Part shown: positions 21,443-31,634 of the stretch, piece by piece | How the letters are laid out: each line of letters starts with the position of its first letter | Position numbering within the stretch: the stretch's first letter is position 1 | Origin: an uncultured Bacilli bacterium | GTDB lineage: Bacteria > Bacillota_I > Bacilli_A > RF39 > UBA660 | Assembly: GCA_944363785.1 (NCBI GenBank) | Contig: CALVVF010000002.1 | Coordinates: 1,681-65,680 of the forward strand | Direction: 5' to 3' | Length of the DNA stretch: 64,000 nt | Program-made: the position numbers and the translations under genes | The notes under the pieces: model-generated | Told to the model about the DNA's origin: nothing | Database searches by the model: none | What the model saw: the letters and a program-made list of their open reading frames with translations, nothing else

Positions 21443-23475
21443 TGAAAAAGAAATTAATAATTATTATCCCAATTGTCATAGCCTTAGTCGTATTTATCGG
21501 ATTATATGCCTTCTTAAACTATAAAGATGATAAGACAAATCTAACCGTATTAGAAAAAAATTGGATCAGTAATAATTCAGGCACTAAATACGATTTAGAA
21601 ATCATGAATGATATACCTATTTTTTCTACTGATGGAACTGGAGTCATCTTTGATTTTATTAGTGATTTTGAAGCCGATACAGAATTAGAGTTCAACAAAA
21701 TTTCTTACTTAAAAGGAACTGAACCAACGACAACCGGACTTCGCTTTAGAGTATTAAACAACGATACTGCTTTGACAGAAAACGATCTATTATTGATTGA
21801 AGATGGATATGTTGCGATCAGCAAAAAAAATGTTCGCTATGATAGTATTGCCGAAATGAAAGAGGAAACAATAGGTGTATTTACAGCCGATGCTGGTGAA
21901 TTAACCTATTACTTAAAAACCGGACAAAATTTAACATTTAAGACATACGATACTATCGAGACAATGATAGCTGATTTAGAAGCAGGAGGAATTACAATGA
22001 TGATTATTCCTCAGTTACTTTATCTTGATCATACTTTAAGTAATGAAACCTATTATACAAATTATTACTTTACAGAAATGTCTAAAAAAATAGTATTGAC
22101 TTTAACAGAAGATAATCAAGAATTAAATAATATTGTCAGAAAATATTTTGAAAAATGGAAACAAGAAAACTATGTTGATATCTATAATAAAGAATATTTA
22201 AATTATTATGCGAACGAAAGACAATTAAATGATAAAACCAAAGCGGATCTAATTTCAAAATCCTATGTATATGGATATGTAGAAAATGCCCCATATGAGG
22301 TAACTATAGATAATACACCATTAGGTATTGCTGCTGAATATATTGCTCGTATGAAACGTCTTACCAATATTGATTTTACCTATAAAAAATATTCGACAGT
22401 AGAAGAGTTAAAACAAGCAATCGATCGTGGTGAAGTAGATATCTACTTTAACTATTTTGGTTATCAAAATAGTGAGTATACAGCTACTTTATCTCCTATG
22501 GTAGAAGAGTATGTTGTATTATCAAGATTAGATAACCAAGAAGTGATTAATACCTTTGAAGGATTAAAAAATAAACAAGTCATGATGTTAAAAGATAGTG
22601 TTTTAACTTCTTATATTCAAGAAAATAGTAAAGCTAATGTTAAAGAAGTAGAAAATATTGATAGTTTAACGACAGGTAATCATTTAATTATTGTCGATAA
22701 AGAAATCTATAATTATTACCGTAATAGTAAGTTTGCTAAATATGAAGTGTTATATGAAGATAAGATGACCAATGATTATCATTTCATGAGTAAAAGTAGT
22801 AATCAGGATTTTAACGAATTATTTTCTTACATCATTATGACGAATTCTTATTATAATTACCGTATGACAGGGTTAAATTCATTAGATCTTTCACTCTTAG
22901 AAAGAACTAGTTTTGAAGAATTATATCTAATAGTTTTAGGAATTATTCTTCTACCATTATTAATTTTAACCGCCATCTATATTATTTTAAAACGTAAGAA
23001 GACCATCAAAGAAGTTAAGAAAGAAGATCGTAGAAAATATACGGATATTCTAACATCACTAAAAAACAGAAATTATTTGAATTTAAATATGAAAGCTTGG
23101 GAAGAAAGTAAAATATACCCACAAGCTGTAGTAATTATCGATTTAAATAATGTAAAATACGTAAATGATAACTATGGACATGAAGCAGGTGATCAATTAA
23201 TTACAAGTGCAGCTTCTATACTAGTGAACACGCAATTAGAAAATAGTGAAATCATTAGAACAGATGGTAATGAATTCTTAGTATATTTAGTTGGATATAG
23301 TGAAAAACAAATCGATACATACTGTAAGAAACTAAATAAAGAGTTTAAAGAATTACCACATGGATTTGGAGCAACAACAGGATATAGTATGATTACGGAT
23401 GACATCAAGACAATTGATGATGCAATCAATGAAGCAACACTAGAAATGAGAACAAATAAAGAAAAAATAAAATAA
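21442..23475 (+). CDS. Membrane receptor with a large extracytoplasmic solute-binding-like domain and a cytoplasmic degenerate GGDEF domain.
   Basis: Signal/TM, an extracellular domain of about 450 aa, a second TM (LYLIVLGIILLPLLILTAIYIIL), then GGDEF-fold motifs (NNVKYVNDNYGHEAGDQLI). The signature is RTDGNEF instead of RxGGDEF. Confidence 0.6.
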   Translation: MKKKLIIIIPIVIALVVFIGLYAFLNYKDDKTNLTVLEKNWISNNSGTKYDLEIMNDIPIFSTDGTGVIFDFISDFEADTELEFNKISYLKGTEPTTTGLRFRVLNNDTALTENDLLLIEDGYVAISKKNVRYDSIAEMKEETIGVFTADAGELTYYLKTGQNLTFKTYDTIETMIADLEAGGITMMIIPQLLYLDHTLSNETYYTNYYFTEMSKKIVLTLTEDNQELNNIVRKYFEKWKQENYVDIYNKEYLNYYANERQLNDKTKADLISKSYVYGYVENAPYEVTIDNTPLGIAAEYIARMKRLTNIDFTYKKYSTVEELKQAIDRGEVDIYFNYFGYQNSEYTATLSPMVEEYVVLSRLDNQEVINTFEGLKNKQVMMLKDSVLTSYIQENSKANVKEVENIDSLTTGNHLIIVDKEIYNYYRNSKFAKYEVLYEDKMTNDYHFMSKSSNQDFNELFSYIIMTNSYYNYRMTGLNSLDLSLLERTSFEELYLIVLGIILLPLLILTAIYIILKRKKTIKEVKKEDRRKYTDILTSLKNRNYLNLNMKAWEESKIYPQAVVIIDLNNVKYVNDNYGHEAGDQLITSAASILVNTQLENSEIIRTDGNEFLVYLVGYSEKQIDTYCKKLNKEFKELPHGFGATTGYSMITDDIKTIDDAINEATLEMRTNKEKIK

Positions 23476-23493
23476 AAAAAGTGGTGATGCACT

Positions 23494-24375
23494 TTGAAAA
23501 AAAGAATGAAAAGATTTTTAAAACGATTATATAAGATTATACAAAAGCCAGAAATGCGAATATTACCCGGACAACTGGCTTTTTTCTTAGTTTTGTCGAT
23601 TATTCCTTTAGTAGCCCTAATTGCGACAATTAGTGCTAATTTCTCCTTGTCTATCGAATCACTGATGGAAATAATCAATGATAGTCTTCCTAAAGAAATA
23701 GCCCTATTTATTAATGAAGCAATAGATGGAAAGAGTATGAATTTAAATATTGCTATTTTCTATATATCCGCATTTTTATTAGCATCTAATGGTCCCCATT
23801 CAATGATTATTGGCGCTAATATGATTTATAAAGTAGAAAGTAAAGACTATATTTCACGTAGAATTAAGGCCATTATTATGACGATTATCTTAGTAATACT
23901 ATTGTTATTTATGTTAATAGTGCCTGCTTATGGAGATAATCTAATCAACTTATTAGGAGATTTGATTAACAGTGAAGCAATTATGGCACCAATTTCTACT
24001 GCGTACTCTATTTTAAAATATCCGCTTTCATTCTTACTTATCTTCTTCTGCTTAAAACTATTATATACAATGGCACCAGATACGACAATTTCTAGTAGGA
24101 CAACCACAACGGGGGCCTTATTTACGACTGTTGTATGGATTGTTATGACAGAGATTTATTCATTCTATGTCAATACTTTTAATCAATATAACTTACTCTA
24201 TGGTAGTATTGCTAATTTATTAATTTTATTGATGTGGGTATATTTACTTGCCTATGTATTCGTCTTAGGAATGGCTCTTAATGCTAGTAGAGAAGATATC
24301 AATCCAAGTAATAATACAGAAAAAAGTCCGGCAGAAAAAGAACTAAATAGTCAAAAAATAGAGAACGAAGCTTAA
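23494..24375 (+). CDS. YihY/BrkB family (RNase BN-like) polytopic membrane protein.
   Basis: About 290 aa with 6 TM segments. The N-terminus LPGQLAFFLVLSIIPLVALI matches the YihY consensus. A TTG start is implied by the track (alternative start uncertain). Confidence 0.6.
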   Translation: MKKRMKRFLKRLYKIIQKPEMRILPGQLAFFLVLSIIPLVALIATISANFSLSIESLMEIINDSLPKEIALFINEAIDGKSMNLNIAIFYISAFLLASNGPHSMIIGANMIYKVESKDYISRRIKAIIMTIILVILLLFMLIVPAYGDNLINLLGDLINSEAIMAPISTAYSILKYPLSFLLIFFCLKLLYTMAPDTTISSRTTTTGALFTTVVWIVMTEIYSFYVNTFNQYNLLYGSIANLLILLMWVYLLAYVFVLGMALNASREDINPSNNTEKSPAEKELNSQKIENEA

Positions 24376-24417
24376 GCTAAGCATGACAATATTGTCATGT
24401 TTAATTTCTTGAAAAAA

Positions 24418-24446
24418 TTGTGAAATAGAAAAAAAAGTGTTATAAT
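24418..24446 (+). promoter_or_regulatory. Sigma-A-type promoter upstream of the LtaS-family gene.
   Basis: TTGTGA, a 17-nt spacer, then an extended -10 TGTTATAAT. It sits 25 nt upstream of the RBS AGGAAGGA. Confidence 0.5.
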
Positions 24447-24470
24447 GAAAATCAGGAAGGATCAGTGGAA

Positions 24471-26612
24471 ATGAATAAAATAAAAAAATTTGGAAAAAAC
24501 TTAGTAAACAATATAAAAAAAGTAGCAATGGCAATTGTAACAAATCCTAAACGTTTTTTTATCTACACTATAAATAGATTAGTAGAGATGATCAAGAATA
24601 ATATTTTGATGATCACTTTTGTTCTTGTTTCCCTCTTTGCTTCGACCCTATTACGTTATTTGACGGTAAATGATATCTGGAATATTAAACCGATCTTAGC
24701 TGATGCAGCAGTAGTTATAGCAATTGGAGGCGTGAGTTATCTACTAAAAGAGAAAAATCGTTTTCCTTACTTATTAACTTGTAGTATTATTTTAAGTGTA
24801 ATATGCGTAATTAATTCTCTTTATTATACATTCTATACTTCCTTCGTATCTGTTTCCTTACTTGGCACATTAGAATATTTATTCCAAGTTGGAGATGCTG
24901 TAACAGAGAATGTATTAAGTATCCAGGACTTTGTCTATCTTCTAGCCCCTGTTGCTCTTGCTATTACTTATTGGAGCCTTAAGAAAAGCAAACGTTTCAA
25001 AGCTAGAAATAAAAATAAACGTGATTCTAAGAAAGCGGTTACTGCCTTTATTACTTCTGGTGTTTTAGCATTCCTCTTTATTAGTATGTTAACTTCACTA
25101 GAAATAGGTCGTTTTGCTAAACAGTGGAATCGTGAATATATCGTTATGAAATTTGGTATTTATACTTATCATTTAAATGATTTAGTAAAAAGTATTGAGC
25201 CAAAATTAACTACGTTATTTGGTTACGATAATGCTTTAAAAATATTCAATGAATATTATGAAAATAGAAGTGATGAACAAACAACAGTAAATGAATATAC
25301 AGGAATCTTTGAAGGAAAAAATATTATTTCTATTCATGCAGAAAGTATTCAACAAATTGTTATGGAGTTAAGCTTTAATGGTCAAGAATTAACCCCAAAT
25401 TTAAATAAATTAGCTAGTGAATCCTTATATTTTAGTAACTTCTATTCTCAAGTTAGTGTTGGAACATCAAGTGATTCAGAATTTACTTTTAATACTTCAT
25501 TAATGCCAACCAATACGGGTACTGCCTTTGTTAGTTATTTTGATCGTGAATATGTAACAATTTCTAAGTTATTAAAAGAGAAGGGGTATTATACGTTCTC
25601 GATGCATGCCAATAATGGTTCATATTGGAATCGTGATGTTATGCATAAATCATTAGGATATGATCGTTTCTATAGTAAAAAAGACTATGATATTGATGAA
25701 GTAATTGGTCTTGGTTTATCTGATAAATCATTCTTTAGACAATCAGTAGAAAAAATAAAAGAGATTAATGAAAAAGGTCAACCATATTATGGAACGGTTA
25801 TCATGTTAACGAACCATACACCGTTTGCTGATGTAGATAAATATGGTGAATTTGATGTAGATATTAAAGAAGAACTTAGAGATGAAAATGGTAATGTCGT
25901 AATCAATGAAGAAACAGGACAACCAGAAATGATCAGTTATCCATATATGGAAGGAACAAAATTAGGAAACTACTTCAAATCTGTACATTATGCTGATGCT
26001 GCTTTAGGTGAATTCTTAACTGCCTTAGAAGAAGAAGGATTAATGGAAAATACGGTCATTGTACTATACGGTGATCATGATGCTCGTCTACCAAAAGCTG
26101 ATTTTAATCGCTTATTCAATTATGACAAAGAAACAGATGATGTTATTTCTTCTGATGATCCAGCATATAGGAAAGTAGATAGTTATCAATATGAATTACT
26201 AAGAAAAGTACCATTCTTAATTTATAGTAAAGAAACAAAAGAATCTCTTCATAAAGAAATTACTACAGTTATGGGAATGTATGATGTTATGCCAACCTTA
26301 GGTAACATGTTTGGTTTTTATAATAAATATCAATTAGGAAAAGATATTTTTAACACAACAGATGATAATATTGTTGTATTCCCAAATGGTAACTGGATGA
26401 CAAATAAAGTGTATTATAATACCCAAAAAGGGGAATACTTAACATTGAAAGAGGAAGAAGTTATTTCGGATGAATATATTACGAATTGTCAACAATATGC
26501 CGAAGACTTACTAAATGCTTCCAATTCACTGATTGTTTTTGACTTAATAAAGAAAGAAGAGGAACGAATCAATTCAGAATCTGATTATATAGAAGAAAAG
26601 GTTGCGGAATAA
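24471..26612 (+). CDS. ltaS: LtaS-family lipoteichoic acid synthase / phosphoglycerol transferase (sulfatase-fold, polytopic N-terminus).
   Basis: 5 N-terminal TM helices plus an extracellular sulfatase/alkaline-phosphatase-like domain (SQVSVGTSSDSEFTFNTSLMP, GDHD). The likely start is ATG 24471 (RBS AGGAAGGA). Confidence 0.8.
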   Translation: MNKIKKFGKNLVNNIKKVAMAIVTNPKRFFIYTINRLVEMIKNNILMITFVLVSLFASTLLRYLTVNDIWNIKPILADAAVVIAIGGVSYLLKEKNRFPYLLTCSIILSVICVINSLYYTFYTSFVSVSLLGTLEYLFQVGDAVTENVLSIQDFVYLLAPVALAITYWSLKKSKRFKARNKNKRDSKKAVTAFITSGVLAFLFISMLTSLEIGRFAKQWNREYIVMKFGIYTYHLNDLVKSIEPKLTTLFGYDNALKIFNEYYENRSDEQTTVNEYTGIFEGKNIISIHAESIQQIVMELSFNGQELTPNLNKLASESLYFSNFYSQVSVGTSSDSEFTFNTSLMPTNTGTAFVSYFDREYVTISKLLKEKGYYTFSMHANNGSYWNRDVMHKSLGYDRFYSKKDYDIDEVIGLGLSDKSFFRQSVEKIKEINEKGQPYYGTVIMLTNHTPFADVDKYGEFDVDIKEELRDENGNVVINEETGQPEMISYPYMEGTKLGNYFKSVHYADAALGEFLTALEEEGLMENTVIVLYGDHDARLPKADFNRLFNYDKETDDVISSDDPAYRKVDSYQYELLRKVPFLIYSKETKESLHKEITTVMGMYDVMPTLGNMFGFYNKYQLGKDIFNTTDDNIVVFPNGNWMTNKVYYNTQKGEYLTLKEEEVISDEYITNCQQYAEDLLNASNSLIVFDLIKKEEERINSESDYIEEKVAE

Positions 26613-27241
26613 TGAAAAAGGTAAAAAGACGAGTAAAGAAGAGAGCAGTTATTTTAGTATTGATTCCTGTAGTGTTGATTGTAGCGATTGCGGTTGTAAA
26701 TGTTAAAAATATGTTAGAGAAACCTTCAGTCGTAAAAGTAGTAAATACAATCGATGACTATAATTATTATCTAGAAAATACGGATAGTAGAATCTATAAA
26801 AAATATTATAAGGAATTAGCTAGTGAACTAGAAGATCAAAAAATAGATGAAGAAAATTATGTTTCTTTACTAGCCCAACTCTTTACGATCGATTTTTACA
26901 CATTAAGTAACAAAATGACAAATCAAGATATCGGGGGAATTCAATTTGTCCACGAATCACAAAAAGAATCGTTTAAAGCTGAAGCAACCAATAATATGTA
27001 TAAATATGTAAAAAGTAATTTGACAGGTAAGAGAAAACAAGAATTACCAGAGATAAAAAATGCCACGGTAGAAGAAGTAAAGCAAATTGCTTACGAAAAT
27101 GAAGAAGCTAATCTTGAAGATAATAGTGCTTATCAAACCAAAGTAAAACTAGAATATGTCAAAGATTTAGACTACCCAACCGAAGTGACTCTTACTTGGA
27201 TTCATGAAGGAATGAAATTATCATTAGTAGAAGTCGAGTAA
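26612..27241 (+). CDS. Membrane-anchored hypothetical protein translationally coupled to ltaS.
   Basis: The ATGA overlap with the ltaS stop suggests coupling. N-terminal TM, then a charged extracellular domain. Confidence 0.4.
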   Translation: MKKVKRRVKKRAVILVLIPVVLIVAIAVVNVKNMLEKPSVVKVVNTIDDYNYYLENTDSRIYKKYYKELASELEDQKIDEENYVSLLAQLFTIDFYTLSNKMTNQDIGGIQFVHESQKESFKAEATNNMYKYVKSNLTGKRKQELPEIKNATVEEVKQIAYENEEANLEDNSAYQTKVKLEYVKDLDYPTEVTLTWIHEGMKLSLVEVE

Positions 27242-27310
27242 TAGGAATGAAATATGCTATAGCAAAAATAAAGTTATTGTATTTCATTGCAAGTTATTTT
27301 GTAACAAACA

Positions 27311-27343
27311 AAAACAAATAGGAGATTTTTCCTATTTGTTTTA
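27311..27343. terminator. Bidirectional rho-independent terminator between convergent genes.
   Basis: Perfect 9-bp stem CAAATAGGA-gatttt-TCCTATTTG, flanked by an A-run upstream and a T-run downstream. Confidence 0.6.
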
Positions 27344-27359
27344 CACTATAATTAAATAA

Positions 27360-28280
27360 TTACATATCTAAAAGTGTCCAGACTTTACTGACACCGCCCA
27401 TTTTATCATATTTAGAACGAACTGAACTGGCAAAATCAATAACCTCACCCAAGCCGTTTTTGTTAATGGAATAATTTTTAGACTCAGCAAGGGATACATC
27501 AGATTGAGCGTGTTGATAACTACCATATGCTTTAAATGGGTCAGCTCCACTTAGAAAAACCACGGTTAAAGAATTTTCTAATGAGTATTGAGTTGCGTCC
27601 ACAATATTCATAGAGATTCCTATTCCCCCTTGACCTTGACTTAGCATACTATTAATGATTTTCGTATTGTCGCTATTTTTATCATAAGTTATCATATTGC
27701 CATCCCATTTTTGATAGCCACTAATCATATTGTTGGTGATATTGATAGTAGCACTTAAACTTCCAGGTCGAATTGCGATAACATCAAACGATCTAGTTTT
27801 TGGAAGCGATAGCCAAGTATTCGTTAAAGTAACTGTTTTTGCCGAAATGGAACCTACTGAAATAGAAATAGTTAATCTTTTCATAGAAGTTTGATGAACA
27901 GGATTTTCCTCAGCATGGAGTACGACCTCAGATTTCTTAGCTTCAACAAAAGCATTTGCTTGTTCTTCTGATACTTCAGTTTCAGTTGTTTTAATAATGT
28001 TTCCATTATCATCATAATACTCATCTACTTGAATATATTTAGTTTCTTCCGTAGAAGTTAATGATGGATCATTCTTTAACAAATTTACAGTATCAACTGT
28101 CATTGTTGCAATTGTATCCTCATCAAAAGCTCTTTTAAGATTATCATATTGTTGTTTGGTCATAGTTGCTCCATTTAAATTTGTATAGTATGGAACAGCA
28201 TTGTCATAAATAGTTAAAGCTGAAACAAAAGTTGGTAAAATTAATGACAGAGTCAAAATAGCTAAAAATAACTTTTTCAT
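27360..28280 (-). CDS. Secreted beta-rich hypothetical protein (signal peptide; 307 aa from the GGAGG-supported ATG).
   Basis: The ATG at plus 28278-28280 has a perfect GGAGG RBS. Signal peptide MKKLFLAILTLSLILPTFVSA. No family recognised. Confidence 0.45.
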   Translation of the reverse strand: MKKLFLAILTLSLILPTFVSALTIYDNAVPYYTNLNGATMTKQQYDNLKRAFDEDTIATMTVDTVNLLKNDPSLTSTEETKYIQVDEYYDDNGNIIKTTETEVSEEQANAFVEAKKSEVVLHAEENPVHQTSMKRLTISISVGSISAKTVTLTNTWLSLPKTRSFDVIAIRPGSLSATINITNNMISGYQKWDGNMITYDKNSDNTKIINSMLSQGQGGIGISMNIVDATQYSLENSLTVVFLSGADPFKAYGSYQHAQSDVSLAESKNYSINKNGLGEVIDFASSVRSKYDKMGGVSKVWTLLDM

Positions 28281-28344
28281 ATAAACCTCCTTTTTCTTAG
28301 CTAATTTAGTGAATAAAATTTTTTCTTTCACCTCCTAACCATAT

Positions 28345-28402
28345 AAAAAAGGGCAAGTAAAGACCTAATATCTAGCGATATTAATAAAGTCTATACAAGC
28401 CC
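28345..28402 (-). terminator. Terminator for the minus-strand paralog gene at 28457-29128.
   Basis: Imperfect long hairpin GGGCTTGTATAGAC...GTCTTTACTTGCCC followed by TTTTTT on the minus strand. Confidence 0.4.
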
Positions 28403-28456
28403 TTTATTATATAATCCTATTCTATCATAAACTTATGCAATATTCTACAATTTTTT

Positions 28457-29128
28457 CTATTTCTTTTTTAAATGAAAAGTAATAGAACTTGTGACGTGTT
28501 TATATTCTGCGGTTACCCGAATATGGTAACGGCCTCCTTCCTGGACATATTTAGTAATGTTTTGAATCATTGGTCCATCATACATAACCGTTTCTTTTCT
28601 ATCTTCTCTTCTAATATATAAATGAGTGTACTTAACATCTGTAGCTTCTATTTTACGCAAATTCTTTTTAGCTGCATTACAACTTAATTGAACTTGATAG
28701 TCATCGGCCATACATTTATAGGAAACCAAACTTAAAAGTATTTTATCGTCATCTTCTTTTACTTCATATTGTAAATGTCCTCCATCATAATCATAGGACT
28801 GTGCATTAATCGCATCAAAAGATACAAGATATGGAATAATGGGCAAATGATAGTGATCAAAAACTTCTACATTAATTAACTCATCATTAATATAAGCTTG
28901 ATAAAGGCGATTCTGTTTGTAAATGAAAGGACTCATAATATGAATAGTACCAAAGCATACTTTAATAAAAATAACAACAATAGCAATAATAGAAATTACT
29001 TTTATAATCAGTTTTTTACGTGATTCTTTTGTTTTTTCAACGGTAGCTACATAATTTTGTTCAGCTTCTTTTCTTTCTTCTTGTAAGTCTTGTACCATTT
29101 CTTCCTTGGTACGATAGAATTTCTTCAT
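28457..29128 (-). CDS. Single-pass membrane protein, paralog A of a tandem pair (223 aa from the ATG; the track gives a TTG-extended 228 aa).
   Basis: Charged cytoplasmic N-terminus, the TM LIIKVISIIAIVVIFIKVCFGTI, and an extracellular domain of about 150 aa. GGAGG RBS before the ATG 29126-29128. Confidence 0.5.
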   Translation of the reverse strand: MKKFYRTKEEMVQDLQEERKEAEQNYVATVEKTKESRKKLIIKVISIIAIVVIFIKVCFGTIHIMSPFIYKQNRLYQAYINDELINVEVFDHYHLPIIPYLVSFDAINAQSYDYDGGHLQYEVKEDDDKILLSLVSYKCMADDYQVQLSCNAAKKNLRKIEATDVKYTHLYIRREDRKETVMYDGPMIQNITKYVQEGGRYHIRVTAEYKHVTSSITFHLKKK

Positions 29129-29269
29129 ATACTCCTCCGACAAGTATTATCGTTTATAACATTATACCACATTCTGTTACATGAAAAGATTAAAATAAAA
29201 TACATTGTTTTTAGATATAAATGTAGAAAAAACTTATAATTTAAAGGGTAAGATTAAGCCTTAATTTTT

Positions 29270-29941
29270 CTATTTCTTTTCTAAATGAAAAGTAATAGAA
29301 CTTGTGACGTGTTTATATTCTGCAATTACTCGAATAAAATAAGTTTCTTCTTCTTGAACATATTTAGTAATATCTTGAACCATTGGTCCATCATAGACAA
29401 CAGTTAGATTTCTATCATTTCTTCTAATATATAGATGAGTGTACTTAACATCTGTAGCTTCTACTTTACGCAAATTCTTTTTGGCAGCATTACAACTTAA
29501 TTGAACTTGATAGTCATCGGCCATACATTTATAGGAAATAATATCCAAAAGAATTTTATCATCATCCTCTTTTACTTCATATTGTAAATGTCCTCCATCA
29601 TAATCATAGGACTGTGCATTAATCGCATCAAAAGATACAAGATATGGAATAATGGGCAAATGATAGTGATCAAAAACTTCTACATTAATTAACTCATCAT
29701 TAATATAGGCTTGATAAAGACGATTCTGTTTGTAAATGAAAGGGCTCATGATATGAATAGTACCAAAGCATACTTTAATAAAAATAACAACAATAGCAAT
29801 AATAGAAATTACTTTTATGATCAGTTTTTTCCGTGATTTTTTTGCTTGTTCAACAGTGGTTGCATAATTTTGTTCAGCTTCTTTCTTTTCCCCTTGTAAA
29901 TCTTGTACCATTTCTTCTTTGGTACGATAGAATTTCTTCAT
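29270..29941 (-). CDS. Single-pass membrane protein, paralog B of the tandem pair.
   Basis: Same architecture as paralog A. About 85% aa identity. The divergence is concentrated in the C-terminal extracellular segment. Confidence 0.5.
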   Translation of the reverse strand: MKKFYRTKEEMVQDLQGEKKEAEQNYATTVEQAKKSRKKLIIKVISIIAIVVIFIKVCFGTIHIMSPFIYKQNRLYQAYINDELINVEVFDHYHLPIIPYLVSFDAINAQSYDYDGGHLQYEVKEDDDKILLDIISYKCMADDYQVQLSCNAAKKNLRKVEATDVKYTHLYIRRNDRNLTVVYDGPMVQDITKYVQEEETYFIRVIAEYKHVTSSITFHLEKK

Positions 29942-30058
29942 ATACTCCTCCGACAAGTATTATCGTTTATAACATTATACCATGGGTTTTATACTATCTA
30001 AGAACTAACGAGTAAAATATTTAGTTTTTCAATCACTTGAATGATTCCTTAAAAGAAA

Positions 30059-30092
30059 CAAAAAAGACACATACCAAAAAGGCATATGTCTA
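30059..30092 (-). terminator. Terminator overlapping the stop codon of the LCP-family gene.
   Basis: On the minus strand, AGACATATGCC-ttttt-GGTATGTGTCT (an 11-bp stem including G-U pairs) followed by TTTTTTG. Confidence 0.45.
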
Positions 30093-31634
30093 ACTTGGAC
30101 TAAAGGTAAAATCTTTAATCATTACCGGTTCTTCTTGTTCTAGATTGATTTTCATCTCTCTACTTACTTCTTCGATACTATCTTCATCTAAAATATAATT
30201 CCATAAATTCTGTTTTAAGTTTGGATAATAAATCATTTTTCCTCTTCCTTCTACTCGAAGTTGATTGATAAAGAAAACATCTCCTCCTTGATAGTTTGTA
30301 GTGGTAATAATATCCTTAAAAATATTATAGAACGATAAAATTTCATCGGTAGTTAGATTAGTATCTAAGTTTTTGGAAACTGTTTCCAAAATAGATAATA
30401 GTTGATTAACATCACGAATCGTAGTCATTTTTTGTAACATAGCTTTAATGATTAATTGCTGATTATATCCACGATCAATATCACCTTGGGCTAAATCATA
30501 GCGATTTCTAGCTAAAACTAAAGCTTGTTCACCGTTCAATGTTTGATAACCCTTATCAATACAGATTTCTCCGGTGCGGTCGGAGTTATCTGTACATAAG
30601 TGTTTAGGAACTTCTACTTCGATTCCTCCTAAAGCATTGACTAAATTTACCACACCTTTAAAATTAACTTTGACATAATATTGAATGTCGACATCGAAAG
30701 TATTTTCAATTGTTTCAATCATACAATCTGTTCCGTACCACCCAGCATGAGTTAATTTATTTTTTTGATTATTTCGACAACTGATCGGTAAATAACTATC
30801 CCTAGGAATAGACATCATCGTCGCACTTAACGTATGAGGATTGAAAGTAACTAAAATTAAGGAATCCCCATTAGCATAGGCATTACGTTGTAAGTTATCT
30901 TTTTCAGAATCAACACCCATTAATAGTATAGTAAATGGTTTAGTAACAGAAGCAGAATCTGAAGTAGATGAATATTCTTCTTTCTTAATTTCTTTATCTT
31001 TATGAATAATTTCTCGTACTTCACTTCGAATATTTTCAAATCCAGTCGTCTGTTGAAACATAACAGGATAATTACTAGAAATAAATAAAGAATCAATTTC
31101 TCCTTCATACAAATCAGTAAGCATTTCTGAAATATCTTGATAAGGAATAATTTCATTATCATGATCTAACTTATTTTCTTCGATCATCTCTTGTGCGATT
31201 ACATAATTATCAATCGAAAGAGTATCATTAGTAATTCCTATTTTCAAGTTTGTCACATCATCGATTGTTTTTATTTCACTATCATTCATAACAATCAAAC
31301 TAGAAGAGTAAGCAATTTCACTTTTATTGATTGAATCAATACTATCATAAACTTTTCCAATAAAATTAGCACCCACTATATTAAATACTGTAAATAGAAT
31401 CATAAAAAAAATAGCTGGTCCCTGTTTTAATTTTCTTTTCTTATAAAAGAAATAAAAATCGATAATCAGTAATAGAGCAATTAAAACTGTTCTTAAGACC
31501 GGTTCGATAGGTCCTAACTGACTAATTCGATAAATTAAATAAAAATTAGTAATAATTCCAATAAAAATAAAGAGTACATGTAATTGAAAAGTTTTTTTCT
31601 TTTTTACTTTCTTTTTGACTTTTGTTTTTTCCAT
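30090..31634 (-). CDS. LytR-CpsA-Psr (LCP) family cell-wall glycopolymer phosphotransferase with an extended N-terminal membrane/extracellular region.
   Basis: The LCP-domain motifs MSIPRDSYLPI and NYQGGDVFFINQ. N-terminal TM helices and an extra domain of about 150 aa precede it. Confidence 0.75.
   Translation of the reverse strand: MEKTKVKKKVKKKKTFQLHVLFIFIGIITNFYLIYRISQLGPIEPVLRTVLIALLLIIDFYFFYKKRKLKQGPAIFFMILFTVFNIVGANFIGKVYDSIDSINKSEIAYSSSLIVMNDSEIKTIDDVTNLKIGITNDTLSIDNYVIAQEMIEENKLDHDNEIIPYQDISEMLTDLYEGEIDSLFISSNYPVMFQQTTGFENIRSEVREIIHKDKEIKKEEYSSTSDSASVTKPFTILLMGVDSEKDNLQRNAYANGDSLILVTFNPHTLSATMMSIPRDSYLPISCRNNQKNKLTHAGWYGTDCMIETIENTFDVDIQYYVKVNFKGVVNLVNALGGIEVEVPKHLCTDNSDRTGEICIDKGYQTLNGEQALVLARNRYDLAQGDIDRGYNQQLIIKAMLQKMTTIRDVNQLLSILETVSKNLDTNLTTDEILSFYNIFKDIITTTNYQGGDVFFINQLRVEGRGKMIYYPNLKQNLWNYILDEDSIEEVSREMKINLEQEEPVMIKDFTFSPS

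Larger units (their letters stand above)
28440..30065 (-). repeat. Tandem direct duplication (two units of about 813 bp, roughly 90% nucleotide identity). Each unit carries a complete gene plus its own promoter and RBS.
   Basis: Hand alignment of 28455-29190 against 29268-30000 shows long perfectly identical stretches (for example about 170 nt in mid-gene). Divergent patches cluster in the 3' third of the coding region. Confidence 0.8.

Noticed and set aside
29942-29956. ORF-track N-terminal extension MSEEY of the tandem paralogs (and the same at 29129-29143).
   Set aside because: The extension relies on a TTG. The GGAGG RBS lies inside it and is correctly spaced for the downstream ATG. The real proteins almost certainly start at MKKFYRT.
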